Below, piece by piece: positions 34,144 through 46,594 of a DNA stretch of 48,721 bases; positions within the stretch are counted from its first letter, which is position 1, and every line of letters begins with the position of its first letter. Under the pieces are notes generated by a model, which saw nothing but the letters and a program-made list of their open reading frames with translations, was not told the origin of the DNA and searched no databases. The stretch spans positions 1 through 48,721 of the forward strand of contig CAXHAT010000036.1 of the NCBI GenBank assembly GCA_964014485.1. The letters are read 5' to 3'. Source of the stretch: an uncultured Deferribacteres bacterium. GTDB taxonomy: Bacteria > Zhuqueibacterota > Zhuqueibacteria > Zhuqueibacterales > Geothermadaptataceae. Made by a program: the position numbers and the translations under genes.

Positions 34144-34151
34144 TTAAATAT

Positions 34152-34523
34152 CTATTTTTTACGCTTTGTTCCGTACTTCGACCTGCCCTTCATTCGCTCC
34201 TGAACACCACTGGTGTCGTAGACGCCTCTCACAATATGATAGCGTACGCCAGGCAAATCCTTAACCCTTCCACCTCTAATCAAAACAATCGAGTGCTCTT
34301 GCAAATTATGCCCTTCACCAGGGATATAAGCAGTCACCTCAAACCCGTTCGTCAACCTGACCCTAGCGACTTTTCTCAGCGCTGAGTTAGGCTTCTTGGG
34401 AGTGGTCGTATATACACGCGTACATACGCCGCGCCGCTGAGGCGAACTTGCTAAGGCAGGAGAAGTTGTTTTCTTCGTAATTCTCTTCCTGCCATGACGG
34501 ACGAGTTGGTTTATGGTGGGCAA
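34152..34523 (-). CDS. rpsL: 30S ribosomal protein S12
   Basis: [28 protein letters not shown] start after AGGAGG. Confidence 0.99.
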   Translation of the reverse strand: MPTINQLVRHGRKRITKKTTSPALASSPQRRGVCTRVYTTTPKKPNSALRKVARVRLTNGFEVTAYIPGEGHNLQEHSIVLIRGGRVKDLPGVRYHIVRGVYDTSGVQERMKGRSKYGTKRKK

Positions 34524-34549
34524 GGGACCTCCTAAAATTAAAGACTGAA

Positions 34550-34578
34550 AATATACACACTGGCTTTTGAAATAGCAA
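34550..34578 (-). promoter_or_regulatory. sigma70-type promoter for rpsL
   Basis: TTGCTA-17 nt-TATATT in the rpoC-rpsL gap. Confidence 0.65.
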
Positions 34579-34596
34579 TCACTTTTTAATATAATT

Positions 34597-37500
34597 TCAT
34601 ACTGCAACTGATTGTGGTTGCAGGTCTTCGGCCTCGTAGCTTTCGTCTACCAAATGAACGTTCAACCGTTTGTAGCGACTTAATCCAGTTCCGGCCGGAA
34701 TCAAGTTGCCCATAATCACGTTTTCTTTTAAGCCGCGTAAAAAGTCTTTTTTCCCGCTTATTGATGCATCTGTAAGAACGCGTGTCGTTTCCTGGAATGA
34801 AGCCGCGGAAATAAAACTTTCAGTTGTTAATGACGCCTTCGTAATTCCCAGCAATAACGGCTGGAAAGTAGCAGGCGCTGCAGAACGAAAAGTAGCTGCG
34901 GTCTTCTTGCTTTTCTCCAAAGCAGAGTTCACACGCTGCAATTCATCATTACTCACAAGTTCATCAACCGCAAAATCCGAATCACCAGGTTCCGATATGA
35001 CTTGCATATCCCGGATACGCTCATTCTCATGCAAGAAACGGATTTTGTCTACCTGATCTCCTTCAAGATATTGCGTATCGCCAGGATCCTCAATTTTTAC
35101 CTTCTGCAGCATTTGACGTACAATGACCTCAATGTGCTTATCGTTTATTTTCACACCCTGCAAACGATAGACTTCTTGAATTTCGTTCACCAAATACTCC
35201 TGAACCTTATTGGGGCCAAGAATATTTAATATATCATGAGGCGCAATAGAACCTTCGCAAAGTTTTTCACCGGCTTCAACAAAATCGCCATCATGAACAA
35301 GTATATGTTTTCCGTAAGGAATCATATATGTTCTTTCGTCCTTACCGTCTCGAGCCGTAACAATTAACCTGCGAATGCCGCGACGCATTTCGCCAAACCT
35401 TACTGTTCCATCGATTTCACTAACAACGGCAGGTTCTTTTGGCTTTCTCGCTTCAAACAATTCAGCAACTCGCGGCAGACCGCCGGTAATATCCCGCGTT
35501 TTTGAAACGCGTCTCGGAATTTTCACCAAAACCTCGCCCGCAGAAACTTTCTGCTGATGGCTTACAGACAGATTCGATCTTGTCGGAATCATGTATGATG
35601 CAAGTTGATTCCCTTCTCCGTCGACCACACGAATTGCGGGGCTAAGATTCCGCATTCTGGATTCGATAATCACACGCTGTTTCAGTCCCGTAGTATCATC
35701 CAATTCTTCACGCATGGTGACGTTTTCGATGATATCTACATACTCCACAACGCCGTCATAGGTCGAAACTATGCTCGCGATATATGGATCCCAGTTAAAC
35801 AATACCTCTCCCTTCTGTACTTCCTGTCCTTCGGTCACATTGATGATTGCGCTGTAAGGAATCGTGTATTGTGAGAGAATTCTATTGTTCTCATCTATGA
35901 TCTTCAACTGAGCATTTCTGCCGACCGCTACGAGAGAACCGTCTAGTTGAGTAACCGACTTCAAATTCTCAGTGACAATTTTGCCGCTATTCTTTGCAGC
36001 TACCTGTGATTGCGATACAATGTGAGCCGCCGCACCGCCAATATGGAAGGTTCTAAGCGTCAATTGCGTCCCTGGTTCGCCAATCGATTGAGCAGCCATT
36101 ACCCCAACCGCCTCACCCAAGCCAACCGCTCGACCAGTCGCCAAATTGCGTCCATAACACTTCGAGCAAACGCCCATTTCAGACTCACAAGTCAAGACCG
36201 AACGAATATAAACAGTCTCTATGCCGATTCGATGAACTTGATCCGCCTTTGCTTCTTCGATAAGTTCGCCGGCAACGACAAGAATATCGCCGCTTTCAGG
36301 ATCATAGACGTCTTCTGCGGCAACGCGCCCAACAATGCGATCCTGCAAAGGCTCAATAATTTCCTCGCCTTCTTTTAAATCGCCAATACGAATACCGAGA
36401 ATCGTACCGCAATCGTCTTCAGAAATAATAATGTCTTGAGCGACGTCCACGAGCCTTCTGGTCAAGTAACCGGCGTCAGCAGTTTTGAGCGCGGTGTCAG
36501 CCAAACCTTTCCGTGCGCCGTGTGTAGAGATAAAATACTCGAGAACCGACAGCCCTTCACGGAAGTTAGACGTAATCGGGTTTTCGATGATCTCTCCCAT
36601 TTGGCCGGTCATCTTTTTCTGCGGTTTCGCCATCAAGCCGCGCATTCCCGCCAATTGTCGGATTTGCTCTTTCGAACCTCTAGCTCCAGAGTCCGCCATC
36701 ATATAAATAGGATTGAAGCCTTGGCGATCCTTTGCAAGGTTATCAAACATTTTTCCGGCGACGTCAGAAGTCGTGTGCGTCCACGTATCAATAATTTTAT
36801 TGTAACGCTCGCCGTCGGTGATGATGCCGTTTTCGTACTCGTCTTGAATCTTTTCAACGACGCCGAAAGCTCCTAAGAGTAATTCCGTCTTTTCATCAGG
36901 TACAAGTACGTCTTCGATACCGACGGTTACACCGGATTTCATAGCGTATTTAAAGCCGAGAAATTTCAGTTTATCCAGGAAAACAGCACATTCATAATTG
37001 CCCATCTCTCTCATGACGAGACCAACAATTTCCTCCAGACGCTTTTTGGTCAGAAGCTCGTTAACAAATTCGAGCCCGTTTGGAAGAATCTCGTTAAAAA
37101 CAATTCGTCCAACAGTCGTATCCACCAGTTCGCCGTCCATGCGGACTTTTATAGGAGCGTGGAGAGAAAGTTTTCCGTCGTTATAGGCAATATTTGCTTC
37201 TTCCTGGCTCGAAAAATTGTTGTCTGTCCCCGCATCGCCTCGTCGGCTTTTGGTCAAATAGTAGAGACCAAGAACAATGTCCTGGCTTGGAACAGCTATC
37301 GGGCGTCCGTTTGCCGGAGAGAGAATATTGTGACTGGAAAGCATCAACATGCGCGTTTCAATTTGCGCATAGTACGACAGAGGAACGTGTACCGCCATCT
37401 GATCGCCGTCAAAATCAGCGTTAAACGCTGCACATACCAGCGGGTGGATTCTGATCGCTTTTCCTTCAACAAGAACTGGCTGAAATGCTTGAATGCCCAA

Positions 37501-38814
37501 CCTGTGCAAAGTTGGAGCGCGGTTCAACATAACAGGATGATCGTCAATGATCTCTTCCAATAAATCCCAAACGGCCGCATTCCGCTTATCAACCAATTTC
37601 TTAGCGCTTTTTACCGTCTTGACATACCCGTGAGCCACAAGCTTTCGAATCACAAACGGTTTGAACAGCTCAAGCGCCATGTCTTTCGGCAAACCGCATT
37701 CGTGCAAGCGCAGTTCCGGGCCAACGACAATAACCGAGCGGCCAGAATAGTCGATCCTTTTCCCCAAAAGGTTTTGGCGAAATCTTCCCTGCTTCCCGCG
37801 AAGCATATCTGAAAGAGATTTTAGAGGTCTGTTGCCGTCTCCACGAACCGCCGCCGCTTTTCGACCGTTGTCAAACAACGCGTCAACAGCTTCCTGAAGC
37901 ATGCGTTTTTCGTTTCTCAGGATGACTTCCGGAGCTTTGATTTCCATCAGTTTTTTGAGACGATTATTTCGGATGATGACGCGTCTGTAGAGATCGTTTA
38001 AGTCCGATGTCGCGAATCTGCCTCCTTCCAACGGAACAAGCGGTCTAAGTTCCGGCGGAATAACAGGGATGACAGATAAAATCATCCAATCCGGCTTGTT
38101 ATCGCTTTTGCGGAAGGCCTCGATAACCTTTAGGCGCTTTAGTGCATCGTTCTTGCGCTGGAACGATGTTTCGCTTTTAACAACTTCTCTTAAATCTTTC
38201 GATAATTGATCAGGCTCTACACGCTTCAAAAGTTCCAGAATCGCTTCTCCGCCAATCTTGGCGACAAAACGATCCGATTCAGGAAGCTCTTCGTCGGTTT
38301 CGGGGGTCTCGCTCAGAATTCGAAAATAATCGTCCTCAGTAACCAAGTCCCCTCGCTCAAGCCCGCTGTTGCCGGGGTGAATGACAACGTAAGATTCGTA
38401 GTAAATAATTCGTTCAAGGTCTTTCGGGCCGATGCCAAGAATGTAGCCGATCTTTGTCGGCAGAGATTTCCAGTACCAAATGTGAACGACGGGAACCGCC
38501 AAGCTGATGTGCCCCATGCGCTCTCGGCGAACGCTTTTCGTCGTGACTTCAACGCCGCAACGATCGCAAACGATGCCCTTGTATCTTATGCGCTTATATT
38601 TTCCGCAATGGCATTCCCAATCCCGAACCGGACCAAATATTTTTTCGCAGAACAAGCCGTCTTTTTCAGGCTTGAAACTACGATAATTTATTGTCTCAGG
38701 CTTCGTAACTTCACCATGCGATCTCTCAAGAATCCTATCAGGTGAAGCGAGCTTAATTCCAATAGCAACGATATTCTTTTTATAGAGCGTGTCTCTTTTG
38801 CCCAAAGAATTCAA
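34597..38814 (-). CDS. rpoC: RNA polymerase beta' subunit
   Basis: NADFDGDQM catalytic motif, N-terminal zinc finger, [12 protein letters not shown] start after GGAGG. Confidence 0.99.
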   Translation of the reverse strand: MNSLGKRDTLYKKNIVAIGIKLASPDRILERSHGEVTKPETINYRSFKPEKDGLFCEKIFGPVRDWECHCGKYKRIRYKGIVCDRCGVEVTTKSVRRERMGHISLAVPVVHIWYWKSLPTKIGYILGIGPKDLERIIYYESYVVIHPGNSGLERGDLVTEDDYFRILSETPETDEELPESDRFVAKIGGEAILELLKRVEPDQLSKDLREVVKSETSFQRKNDALKRLKVIEAFRKSDNKPDWMILSVIPVIPPELRPLVPLEGGRFATSDLNDLYRRVIIRNNRLKKLMEIKAPEVILRNEKRMLQEAVDALFDNGRKAAAVRGDGNRPLKSLSDMLRGKQGRFRQNLLGKRIDYSGRSVIVVGPELRLHECGLPKDMALELFKPFVIRKLVAHGYVKTVKSAKKLVDKRNAAVWDLLEEIIDDHPVMLNRAPTLHRLGIQAFQPVLVEGKAIRIHPLVCAAFNADFDGDQMAVHVPLSYYAQIETRMLMLSSHNILSPANGRPIAVPSQDIVLGLYYLTKSRRGDAGTDNNFSSQEEANIAYNDGKLSLHAPIKVRMDGELVDTTVGRIVFNEILPNGLEFVNELLTKKRLEEIVGLVMREMGNYECAVFLDKLKFLGFKYAMKSGVTVGIEDVLVPDEKTELLLGAFGVVEKIQDEYENGIITDGERYNKIIDTWTHTTSDVAGKMFDNLAKDRQGFNPIYMMADSGARGSKEQIRQLAGMRGLMAKPQKKMTGQMGEIIENPITSNFREGLSVLEYFISTHGARKGLADTALKTADAGYLTRRLVDVAQDIIISEDDCGTILGIRIGDLKEGEEIIEPLQDRIVGRVAAEDVYDPESGDILVVAGELIEEAKADQVHRIGIETVYIRSVLTCESEMGVCSKCYGRNLATGRAVGLGEAVGVMAAQSIGEPGTQLTLRTFHIGGAAAHIVSQSQVAAKNSGKIVTENLKSVTQLDGSLVAVGRNAQLKIIDENNRILSQYTIPYSAIINVTEGQEVQKGEVLFNWDPYIASIVSTYDGVVEYVDIIENVTMREELDDTTGLKQRVIIESRMRNLSPAIRVVDGEGNQLASYMIPTRSNLSVSHQQKVSAGEVLVKIPRRVSKTRDITGGLPRVAELFEARKPKEPAVVSEIDGTVRFGEMRRGIRRLIVTARDGKDERTYMIPYGKHILVHDGDFVEAGEKLCEGSIAPHDILNILGPNKVQEYLVNEIQEVYRLQGVKINDKHIEVIVRQMLQKVKIEDPGDTQYLEGDQVDKIRFLHENERIRDMQVISEPGDSDFAVDELVSNDELQRVNSALEKSKKTAATFRSAAPATFQPLLLGITKASLTTESFISAASFQETTRVLTDASISGKKDFLRGLKENVIMGNLIPAGTGLSRYKRLNVHLVDESYEAEDLQPQSVAV

Positions 38815-38894
38815 AGCCTGACCTCCAGGTATGAGTTAGTTACAACCAAGAAAAATACAGGTTGAAAACGTAAATATATTCAAACTACAAATAG

Positions 38895-41800
38895 TTACAG
38901 AACGCGTTCATCCTGTTCAAGAAGCTCGACGTCCAAGCCAAGTCCTTGCAACTCACGAATGAGCACGTTAAATGATTCCGGCAATCCCGGTTCCGGCAGG
39001 TTATCGCCTTTAACAATAGCCTCGTAAACCTTGCTTCTGCCGCGAACGTCATCGGATTTTACAGTCAGGATTTCTTGCAGGGAGTGCGCCGCGCCGTATG
39101 CTTCGAGCGCCCAAACTTCCATTTCCCCGAATCTCTGACCGCCGAATTGCGCCTTGCCGCCAAGCGGCTGCTGCGTAATCAACGAGTATGGCCCGATAGA
39201 CCTGGCATGGATTTTGTCTTCAACAAGATGGTGCAACTTGAGCATGTAAACCACGCCTATCGTCACATCCGAGTCGATCACGTCCCCGGTCAATCCGTCC
39301 AAAACTGTTGCCTTACCCGACTTCGGCAGGCCCGCTCTTTCCATTTCCTGAAGTACTTCTTCCTCAGATGCGCCGTCAAAAACCGGGGTGGCGTATTTCA
39401 ATCCCAACTCATGAGCCGCCCAACCTAAACTGGCTTCGAAGATTTGTCCTAAATTCATACGGGACGGTACGCCCAAGGGGTTGAGCACGATATCAACCGG
39501 TTGCCCATTACTCAAGTAAGGCATATCTTCAATCGGCACGATTCGAGCCACAACGCCTTTGTTTCCATGGCGACCAGCCATCTTATCGCCAACCATAAGC
39601 TTCCGCTTTTTGGCGACGTAGACTTTGGCCAACTGAACGATGCCTGGAGGCAGCTCGTCGCCTACTTGAATCTTAAGCTTTCTGCGTTCAAACTCTTCGT
39701 CGAGAGCTTCAAGCTTGTCCGTAAAAGCCTTGTATATTTCCAGACTTGCCGCATCAAGCTTTTCATCGCCGGAAATACCGCTTTGAATGTCAGCCTTTTC
39801 AAAATCTATCTCGGAAAACAATTCTTCCGATAAAGCATTGCCCGCTTTTACAACGATTTTCCCAGTATCCAGATCGCGGATGCTTTCAGATTTACGTCCT
39901 TTGAAAAGAATCGCAAGGTTACGGTCCAGAATGCTTCTGGTAAGCCGTTTTTCTTCCGCAAGCCAGTTTTCCAAAGCTTCCATCTCAAGCTTGTCTTGGC
40001 GCTTGGTTTTTGCATCTTTTTTCTTGCGAGAGAAAAGTTTTGTGTCGATCACAATGCCGTGCAAACCGGGAGGCGCTTTCAAACTAGCGTCTTTGACATC
40101 ACCGGCTTTTTCGCCAAAAATTGCCTTCAACAATTTTTCTTCAGGCGTAGGGTCAGTCTCACCTTTTGGCGTCACTTTACCAACCAGGATGTCGCCAGGG
40201 TTCACTTCAGCGCCAATTCGGATAATCCCTTCCTTGTCAAGATTTCGCGTCGCTTCTTCGCTAACGTTAGGGATTTCGTTTGTTAGCTCTTCCTCGCCGC
40301 GCTTGGTATCCCGAACCTGAAGTTCAAAAACTTCGATGTGCAAGGACGTATAAACGTCGTCTTGTACAACGCGCTCGGAAATAACAATTGCATCTTCAAA
40401 ATTGTATCCGCGCCAAGGCATAAACGCGACGACCACGTTCCGGCCCAAAGCCAGTTCTCCGTTTTGCGTTGAGCTTCCGTCGGCAAGAACGTCGCCTTTG
40501 CTAATTTTTTGGCCCTGATGAACAATTGGTCTCTGATTGATGCACGTATCCTGATTTGAGCGCATGAATTTCGTCGTGCGATAGCGATACCGCCCGTCGT
40601 TTTCAAAATTCAACAAATGCTGATAATTTGTGCCGCTTGCTCGCCTGGGGAGTTCTTGTCGTACAACAACCTCATTCGCTGAGACGCTTTCAACAACGCC
40701 GTCAACGCTTGAAACAACCATTGACCTAGAGTCTTTTGCCACCTTTTCTTCCATGCCCGTTCCAACGCATGGGGAATCCGGTTTTAAAAGAGGTACAGCC
40801 TGACGCTGCATGTTCGAGCCCATGAGCGCCCGGTTCGCATCATCATGCTCCAAAAACGGGATGAGTCCGGCAGCCGCTGAAACGATTTGGTAAGGGGAAA
40901 CATCAATATAATGGACTTCATCCGGCGTAACTACCGGGAAATCGCCTTTATAGCGCGCTTTAACCCGGTCATTTTGGAAAGAGCCGTCCTTCTTTAAAGG
41001 AGCGCTAGCCTGCGCAATAACAAAATTATCTTCGTCGTCCGCCGTCAGATAATGAATATCATCAGTTACTTTGCCGTTTTTGACGAACCTGTAAGGCGTT
41101 TCGATAAATCCAAATTCATTGATTCGCGCGTAAGTCGTCAGAGATGAAATCAAGCCAATATTCGGTCCTTCCGGCGTTTCAATCGGACACAATCGGCCAT
41201 AATGGGTATAATGCACGTCACGAACTTCAAAGCCTGCGCGCTCTCGCGTTAAACCGCCTGGTCCGAGTGCAGACAATCGCCGTTTATGAGTAAGCTCAGA
41301 CAACGGGTTCGTCTGATCCATGAATTGTGAAAGCTGACTTGTGCCAAAGAACGTATTGATAACGGACAGTATCGTTCGCGCATTAACGAGATCCTGCGGG
41401 GTCAACTTCTCAGTGTCTCGCAAGTTCATGCGTTCTTTGATCGTACGCGCCATCCTTGAAAGACCAACGCTCATTTGCGCCGCAAGCTGTTCGCCGACAG
41501 TTTTAATTCGTCGATTGCCTAAATGATCAATATCATCGCTGGAACGCTTTCCTTGCTTCATCTCGATCATGTACTTGATAATTTGAATCAAGTCTTCACG
41601 CGTTAAAACAGCGTTTTCAACATCCGCATCGACGTTGAGCTTTTTATTCAATCGGTATCGCCCGACTTCTCCCAAATCGTAACGCTTGGGATTAAAAAAC
41701 ATCCTTTCCAGGAAGCTTCTCGCCGTATCAACGTCAGGAGATTCGCCCGAGCGTAAATTGCGATATATCGCTTCAAGCGCTTCTTCTTCATTTCTCGAGG

Positions 41801-42707
41801 GGTCTTTGCCCAAAGTCGTGCTAATAACTTCCGGTCCGAGCGTAGAGTCATGCTTTAGCAGTACGACTTGCTCAATTCCCGATTCCGCGAGGGTTGCCAG
41901 AGACTCTTCCGTGATTTCGGATTTTTTCTCTAGAATCAACTCCCCGGTTTCCATATCTATAACGTCAGCGATAACCACACGTCCAAGATGTTCATCCGTA
42001 TTTAGATCAGCGACTTTCACATCTTCCGCTAATCCAAAAAGATTTAGAATGTCTCGGTTTGTCGAGTAGCCAAAGCCTCTCAACAACATGGTCACCGGAA
42101 ATTTCTTACGCCGATCAATGAGGACATAAAGTATGTCGTTGATGTCTGTCGTAAATTCGACCCACGAACCGCGAAGCGGAATAATTCGCGCAGAATAAAT
42201 CTTTGCGCCGTTCGGGTGATCCGCTTCATCAAAAAATACGCCCGGCGATCGATGCAACTGGCTAACGATAATCCGCTCGGCGCCGTTTATGACAAACGTG
42301 CCGCGGTCGGTCATATACGGGATATTTCCCAAGTAAACGACCTGTTCCGTCGTTTCGCCGTATTCGCCGTCTGAGCCGGAGTCGTCTTTAACGGAAAGGC
42401 GAAGCTTCGCCTTCAACGGAGCTGAATATGTGATGCCGCGCTCCTGACATTCCGCTACGCTGGACTTGGGGCGTTCGAGATAATATTCCACGAATTCCAG
42501 AATATAATTCTCACGACTGTCCAGAATAGGAAACACGCCAGTGAAGACAGCGTGCAAGCCGTTGCTCTCCCTCTCTTGCGGCGGAACATTGACCTGCAAA
42601 AACTCCTCGAAAGACTTTATCTGAATATCGAGAAGATCCGGCAAGTCAATGACCGGGTTTAATTTTGCAAAAGTATTACGATTCGCGAGTTCGCCGTTTA
42701 CAGACAT
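38895..42707 (-). CDS. rpoB: RNA polymerase beta subunit
   Basis: [33 protein letters not shown]. Confidence 0.99.
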   Translation of the reverse strand: MSVNGELANRNTFAKLNPVIDLPDLLDIQIKSFEEFLQVNVPPQERESNGLHAVFTGVFPILDSRENYILEFVEYYLERPKSSVAECQERGITYSAPLKAKLRLSVKDDSGSDGEYGETTEQVVYLGNIPYMTDRGTFVINGAERIIVSQLHRSPGVFFDEADHPNGAKIYSARIIPLRGSWVEFTTDINDILYVLIDRRKKFPVTMLLRGFGYSTNRDILNLFGLAEDVKVADLNTDEHLGRVVIADVIDMETGELILEKKSEITEESLATLAESGIEQVVLLKHDSTLGPEVISTTLGKDPSRNEEEALEAIYRNLRSGESPDVDTARSFLERMFFNPKRYDLGEVGRYRLNKKLNVDADVENAVLTREDLIQIIKYMIEMKQGKRSSDDIDHLGNRRIKTVGEQLAAQMSVGLSRMARTIKERMNLRDTEKLTPQDLVNARTILSVINTFFGTSQLSQFMDQTNPLSELTHKRRLSALGPGGLTRERAGFEVRDVHYTHYGRLCPIETPEGPNIGLISSLTTYARINEFGFIETPYRFVKNGKVTDDIHYLTADDEDNFVIAQASAPLKKDGSFQNDRVKARYKGDFPVVTPDEVHYIDVSPYQIVSAAAGLIPFLEHDDANRALMGSNMQRQAVPLLKPDSPCVGTGMEEKVAKDSRSMVVSSVDGVVESVSANEVVVRQELPRRASGTNYQHLLNFENDGRYRYRTTKFMRSNQDTCINQRPIVHQGQKISKGDVLADGSSTQNGELALGRNVVVAFMPWRGYNFEDAIVISERVVQDDVYTSLHIEVFELQVRDTKRGEEELTNEIPNVSEEATRNLDKEGIIRIGAEVNPGDILVGKVTPKGETDPTPEEKLLKAIFGEKAGDVKDASLKAPPGLHGIVIDTKLFSRKKKDAKTKRQDKLEMEALENWLAEEKRLTRSILDRNLAILFKGRKSESIRDLDTGKIVVKAGNALSEELFSEIDFEKADIQSGISGDEKLDAASLEIYKAFTDKLEALDEEFERRKLKIQVGDELPPGIVQLAKVYVAKKRKLMVGDKMAGRHGNKGVVARIVPIEDMPYLSNGQPVDIVLNPLGVPSRMNLGQIFEASLGWAAHELGLKYATPVFDGASEEEVLQEMERAGLPKSGKATVLDGLTGDVIDSDVTIGVVYMLKLHHLVEDKIHARSIGPYSLITQQPLGGKAQFGGQRFGEMEVWALEAYGAAHSLQEILTVKSDDVRGRSKVYEAIVKGDNLPEPGLPESFNVLIRELQGLGLDVELLEQDERVL

Positions 42708-42741
42708 TCAACCTCACCTATGAAGGTTATTTCATCAATAG

Positions 42742-43131
42742 TTATTTAACTTCGACAGTAGCGCCGACTTCTTCAAGCTTGCCTTTAACTTCTTCGGCTT
42801 CATCTTTCGAAACCCCTTCCTTAATGGGCTTCGGCGCCGAATCAACAAGCTCTTTTGCTTCTTTCAAGCCAAGGCTCGTTAAACCGCGAACGACTTTAAT
42901 TACTTGAATTTTTTGTGAGCCAACACCAGTCAGAACAACGTCAAACTCAGTCTGCTCTTCGGCTTCAGCAGCAGCCTCGCCGCCGCCGGCCGCTGCGCCC
43001 GCAACCGCCATAACCGGAGCAGCCGCTGAAACGCCAAATTTCTCTTCAAGCGCCTTGACCAAGTCGTTCAATTCCTTGACCGTCATATTCTCGATAGATT
43101 CAATGAAGTCATCAATGTTTACAGTGGCCAC
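42742..43131 (-). CDS. rplL: 50S ribosomal protein L7/L12
   Basis: [28 protein letters not shown]. Confidence 0.99.
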   Translation of the reverse strand: MATVNIDDFIESIENMTVKELNDLVKALEEKFGVSAAAPVMAVAGAAAGGGEAAAEAEEQTEFDVVLTGVGSQKIQVIKVVRGLTSLGLKEAKELVDSAPKPIKEGVSKDEAEEVKGKLEEVGATVEVK

Positions 43132-43206
43132 CGTAAGTACCTCCTTAAAAAACCATCAAAATTGATTCAAAAATTCGAATTCTGTATTAAGCGAAAAATT
43201 TATTTG

Positions 43207-43743
43207 TCAGCCTTGCTCTTTCTTCGCAGCGACTGCGTTCAAAGCATAAAGCAGATTTTTTTGAATAGCGGAAAGCGTCATGACAACACCGGAAATCGGC
43301 GAGTTCAAAGAACCGACAACCTTTGCAATCAACTCTTCGCGCGTCGGCCAGGATGCAATTTCAGCAAAATTTTCTCCCGGCATGACATCCCCTTCAATCA
43401 TGCACGCCTTAACTTCGGGTTTCGGGTTTTTCTTTAGAAAATCCTTCAAAACCCTCGCCGGCGCCGCCGGATCGTCATAACTAAACGCAAGTGCAATCGG
43501 GCCCTGAAAATAAGGCACAATCTCATCATGCCCGGCTTTCTCGGCGCCAAAACGCGCAAGCGTATTTTTTACAACAAGATATTCTGTATTGCTTTCGCGA
43601 AATTTCACGCGCAACTCGGTCACCTGCTCAACGGAAAGGCCGCTAAAGTCCGTTAAAAAAACGCCCTTTGCGGATTCCAACTTTTCAGCAAGCGTGTTTA
43701 CAACTGCAACTTTTTCAGGTCTGGGGTCTCTTGTGTATTCCAT
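43207..43743 (-). CDS. rplJ: 50S ribosomal protein L10
   Basis: DFSGLSV...ELR, VVKNTL, PTREEL; synteny. Confidence 0.97.
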   Translation of the reverse strand: MEYTRDPRPEKVAVVNTLAEKLESAKGVFLTDFSGLSVEQVTELRVKFRESNTEYLVVKNTLARFGAEKAGHDEIVPYFQGPIALAFSYDDPAAPARVLKDFLKKNPKPEVKACMIEGDVMPGENFAEIASWPTREELIAKVVGSLNSPISGVVMTLSAIQKNLLYALNAVAAKKEQG

Positions 43744-43760
43744 TGAAATTTACCTTCAAA

Positions 43761-44465
43761 TCAGATATTGACGTCTGCAAGCAAAGCGCTTTTATCTACG
43801 GAGATCCCAGGCCCCATAGTATTGCTTAATATAATATTTTTAACGTATTGCCCCTTGGCCGCCGGCGGACGCAAGCGCAATACCGTTGCAATAAAAGCCT
43901 TGATATTTTCGTCCAATTGGGGCGGATCAAAAGAAGCCTTCCCAACAGCGACGTGAAGAATGCCGTAGCGATCTACGCGAAACTCAATCTTCCCCGCCTT
44001 TATTTCCTTGACCGCAGTCGCAACGTCCATCGTTACGGTTCCGGCCTTGGGATTCGGCATCAAACCGCGCGGCCCTAACATTCTACCCAACTTTCCAACT
44101 TCCGCCATCACATCGGGCGTAGCGATCACGACGTCAAAGTCGAACCAGCCTTCTTTAATTTTCGTGACCATCTCTTCGAAACCGACGAAATCAGCGCCCG
44201 CTTCTTCCGCTTCGCCCGCCTTCACGCCTTTCGCGATAACGAGAACTCGAACTTCTTTCCCGGTTCCATTTGGCAGCGAAACAGTTCCTCGGACGACCTG
44301 ATCGGCGTGCCGCGGATCAACCCCAAGACGCATGGAAATTTCGACCGTCTCATCGAACTTCGCACTGGCCGTCGCCTTTAAGAGCGAGATTGCATCTTCA
44401 AGCGAATAATCTTTTCCGATTTCTACTTTAGATGCGGCTTCAGTGTATCTTTTACTTTTCTTCAT
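43761..44465 (-). CDS. rplA: 50S ribosomal protein L1
   Basis: [24 protein letters not shown]. Confidence 0.99.
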   Translation of the reverse strand: MKKSKRYTEAASKVEIGKDYSLEDAISLLKATASAKFDETVEISMRLGVDPRHADQVVRGTVSLPNGTGKEVRVLVIAKGVKAGEAEEAGADFVGFEEMVTKIKEGWFDFDVVIATPDVMAEVGKLGRMLGPRGLMPNPKAGTVTMDVATAVKEIKAGKIEFRVDRYGILHVAVGKASFDPPQLDENIKAFIATVLRLRPPAAKGQYVKNIILSNTMGPGISVDKSALLADVNI

Positions 44466-44489
44466 TGATCAGATCCAATCAAAAAAATT

Positions 44490-44915
44490 TTAGCCTTCTA
44501 CGAGAATACCCATGCTGCGCGCCGTACCTTCAATCATCCGCATTGCCGCTTCAACGTCATTTGCATTCAAATCTTGCATCTTTGTTTCGGCAATTTCCTG
44601 CACTTGCGCTGAAGTGACTTTTCCAACCTTGTTCCGATTCGGCTCTCCGGAACCTTTCTCAAGCCCGGCGGCCTTCACCAAAAGAACCGCGGCAGGCGGC
44701 GTTTTGGTAATAAAAGTAAAAGAACGATCCGCATAAACCGTGATAACAACGGGAATTACTAGCCCCGCTTTATCTTGCGTCTTTGCGTTAAAGGCCTTAC
44801 AAAACTCCATAATATTGACGCCGTGCTGCCCAAGCGCCGGACCAACAGGCGGAGACGGATTTGCCTGCCCCGCCTTAATTTGAAGCTTAATCAGCCCTAC
44901 TACTTTCTTTGCCAT
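44490..44915 (-). CDS. rplK: 50S ribosomal protein L11
   Basis: [26 protein letters not shown]. Confidence 0.99.
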   Translation of the reverse strand: MAKKVVGLIKLQIKAGQANPSPPVGPALGQHGVNIMEFCKAFNAKTQDKAGLVIPVVITVYADRSFTFITKTPPAAVLLVKAAGLEKGSGEPNRNKVGKVTSAQVQEIAETKMQDLNANDVEAAMRMIEGTARSMGILVEG

Positions 44916-44938
44916 ACCTACTCCAAGCTATAAAAGCT

Positions 44939-45502
44939 TTACTTCTCCAGTTCTACTTGCAAATAATCCAACTCGACCGGCGTCGACCGACCAAAAATAC
45001 TCACACTAACCTTAACCTTCTTCTTCTCTTCATTAATCTCTTCGACAAAGCCAGTAAAATCACTAAACGGCCCGTCTGTCACGCGAATGGGATCGCCGAG
45101 ACGGAACGGAATCTCTACAATTTCGCCGGTCTCACTATCTTCCACCCTGCCAAGAATTCTGTCAATTTCATCCTGCCGCAAAGGCTGAGGTTCATTCTTG
45201 GGCCCGACAAAACTGGTTATGCCCGGCGTATTCAAAACCAAATAGCGCGACTCCTTATCAAGCGCCATTCGCACGAGCATATAACCCGGAAAAAACGTCT
45301 TATTCCGAACCCGCTTTTTACCGGCGCGCATCTCCGTCACTTGCTCGGAAGGAATCAAAATCTCGGAAATCTTCTCCGTGAGACCCGCCAAGTCCGCCTC
45401 ATTCTCAAGATGCGCCTTTACTTTTTTCTCATGGCCGGAAAGTACGTGTATCGCGTACCACTTATGATCCGGCGCTTCTTTATTTTCTGCAGCTTCGGAC
45501 AA
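44939..45502 (-). CDS. nusG: transcription termination/antitermination factor NusG
   Basis: WYAIHVLSGHEKKV, FFPGY, KOW motif DGPF..F.G, IFGRSTPVEL. Confidence 0.99.
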   Translation of the reverse strand: MSEAAENKEAPDHKWYAIHVLSGHEKKVKAHLENEADLAGLTEKISEILIPSEQVTEMRAGKKRVRNKTFFPGYMLVRMALDKESRYLVLNTPGITSFVGPKNEPQPLRQDEIDRILGRVEDSETGEIVEIPFRLGDPIRVTDGPFSDFTGFVEEINEEKKKVKVSVSIFGRSTPVELDYLQVELEK

Positions 45503-45517
45503 ATTTCCTACCTAAGC

Positions 45518-45706
45518 TTAGTAAATCAACTTTATAATTTGCGTCAATCCCTGATCGATCAAAAAAATGTACACGGCAAACGCCAACGACAATGCAATGA
45601 CGACCCAGGTACTGCCCTTCAAACTCTCAAACTCAGGCCAACTGACTTTAGACATTTCCGTTTTTACTTCGCTCAAAAACTGCGAAGCTTTCTGAACAAG
45701 AGCCAT
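45518..45706 (-). CDS. secE: preprotein translocase SecE
   Basis: EMSKVSWP followed by one transmembrane helix; upstream of nusG. Confidence 0.96.
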   Translation of the reverse strand: MALVQKASQFLSEVKTEMSKVSWPEFESLKGSTWVVIALSLAFAVYIFLIDQGLTQIIKLIY

Positions 45707-45740
45707 TAATCACACCGCATCTTAATACATCCAGTATCAA

Positions 45741-45813
45741 CAGGCCCGGAGGGACTCGAACCCCCAACTTCCGGTTTTGGAGACCGGCGCTCTACCAATT
45801 GAACTACAGGCCT
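45741..45813 (-). tRNA. tRNA-Trp (CCA)
   Basis: Cloverleaf, anticodon arm CCGGT-CT-CCA-AA-ACCGG, GTTCGA T-loop. Confidence 0.96.
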
Positions 45814-45842
45814 ACGCAAATTTCAAACAACCACATAAATCG

Positions 45843-45915
<73 letters not shown>

Positions 45916-45950
45916 CTAACTCAAAAAAGCACATCCGCACAAACAACAAA

Positions 45951-46023
45951 AGCGGGAGACGGGACTCGAACCCGCAACCTACAGCTTGGAAGGCTGTTAC
46001 TCTACCAATTGAGTCACTCCCGC
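45951..46023 (-). tRNA. tRNA-Gly (TCC)
   Basis: GCGGGAG acceptor stem, ACAGC-CT-TCC-AA-GCTGT anticodon arm. Confidence 0.96.
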
Positions 46024-46052
46024 GCGATTATCCCAATCCTGCGGAGCAGTCG

Positions 46053-46078
46053 AAAAAAAATGACGCCAATGGACGTCA
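46053..46078 (-). terminator. terminator-like hairpin inside the tRNA cluster
   Basis: TGACGTC[CATT]GGCGTCA followed by T8, ending 29 nt upstream of tRNA-Gly. Confidence 0.55.
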
Positions 46079-46252
46079 ATTTCAAAAACGTCGCTCGCGC
46101 CTTCCAAATAGACAGCCTTAAAATTCCGAGCGATCAAGTCGATAACTAAAACAGGCGGGGCTATTCACATAGCATCATAGGGGTGAAAGGTGCTCCGCGT
46201 TGTTGCAGTGCTAAACTGGGCTTCGAAAGGGACGGTCGAAGTTGGGAACCAG

Positions 46253-46335
46253 TGGGGAGGGAAGGATTCGAACCTCCGAAGGCGATCGCCAGCAGATTTA
46301 CAGTCTGCCCCATTTGGCCACTCTGGAACCTCCCC
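46253..46335 (-). tRNA. tRNA-Tyr (GTA)
   Basis: GCAGA-CT-GTA-AA-TCTGC anticodon arm, long variable arm, 83 nt. Confidence 0.96.
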
Positions 46336-46341
46336 ATTATG

Positions 46342-46414
46342 AGCCACCAGCAGGAGTCGAACCCGCGACATCCTCATTACAAGTGAGGCGCTCTACCAAC
46401 TGAGCTATGGTGGC
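46342..46414 (-). tRNA. tRNA-Thr (TGT)
   Basis: GCCACCA acceptor stem, CCTCA-CT-TGT-AA-TGAGG anticodon arm. Confidence 0.96.
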
Positions 46415-46463
46415 AATATATATCGACAAAATCCCTATCAAGGCTTAGAAAGCACAGCCTGCT

Positions 46464-46491
46464 AATATAGCAATAAAAAACTGCGTGTCAA
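46464..46491 (-). promoter_or_regulatory. sigma70-type promoter of the tRNA/secE operon
   Basis: TTGACA-16 nt-TATATT with TGn extended -10; the 16-nt spacer is typical of stable-RNA promoters. Confidence 0.8.
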
Positions 46492-46594
46492 GCCTTTTTG
46501 CCGAAAATGCAGAACTCTTTTTTATAAAATTTTTATATGCTTCCCAAGGCATTTGGAAATGTGACGCCGGTGACATTTTGCCTTATGCAACCAC

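Noticed and set aside
34152..41350. Streptomycin or rifampicin resistance alleles in rpsL and rpoB
   Set aside because: PKKPNS, RVKDLPG and [22 protein letters not shown] all match the sensitive consensus.
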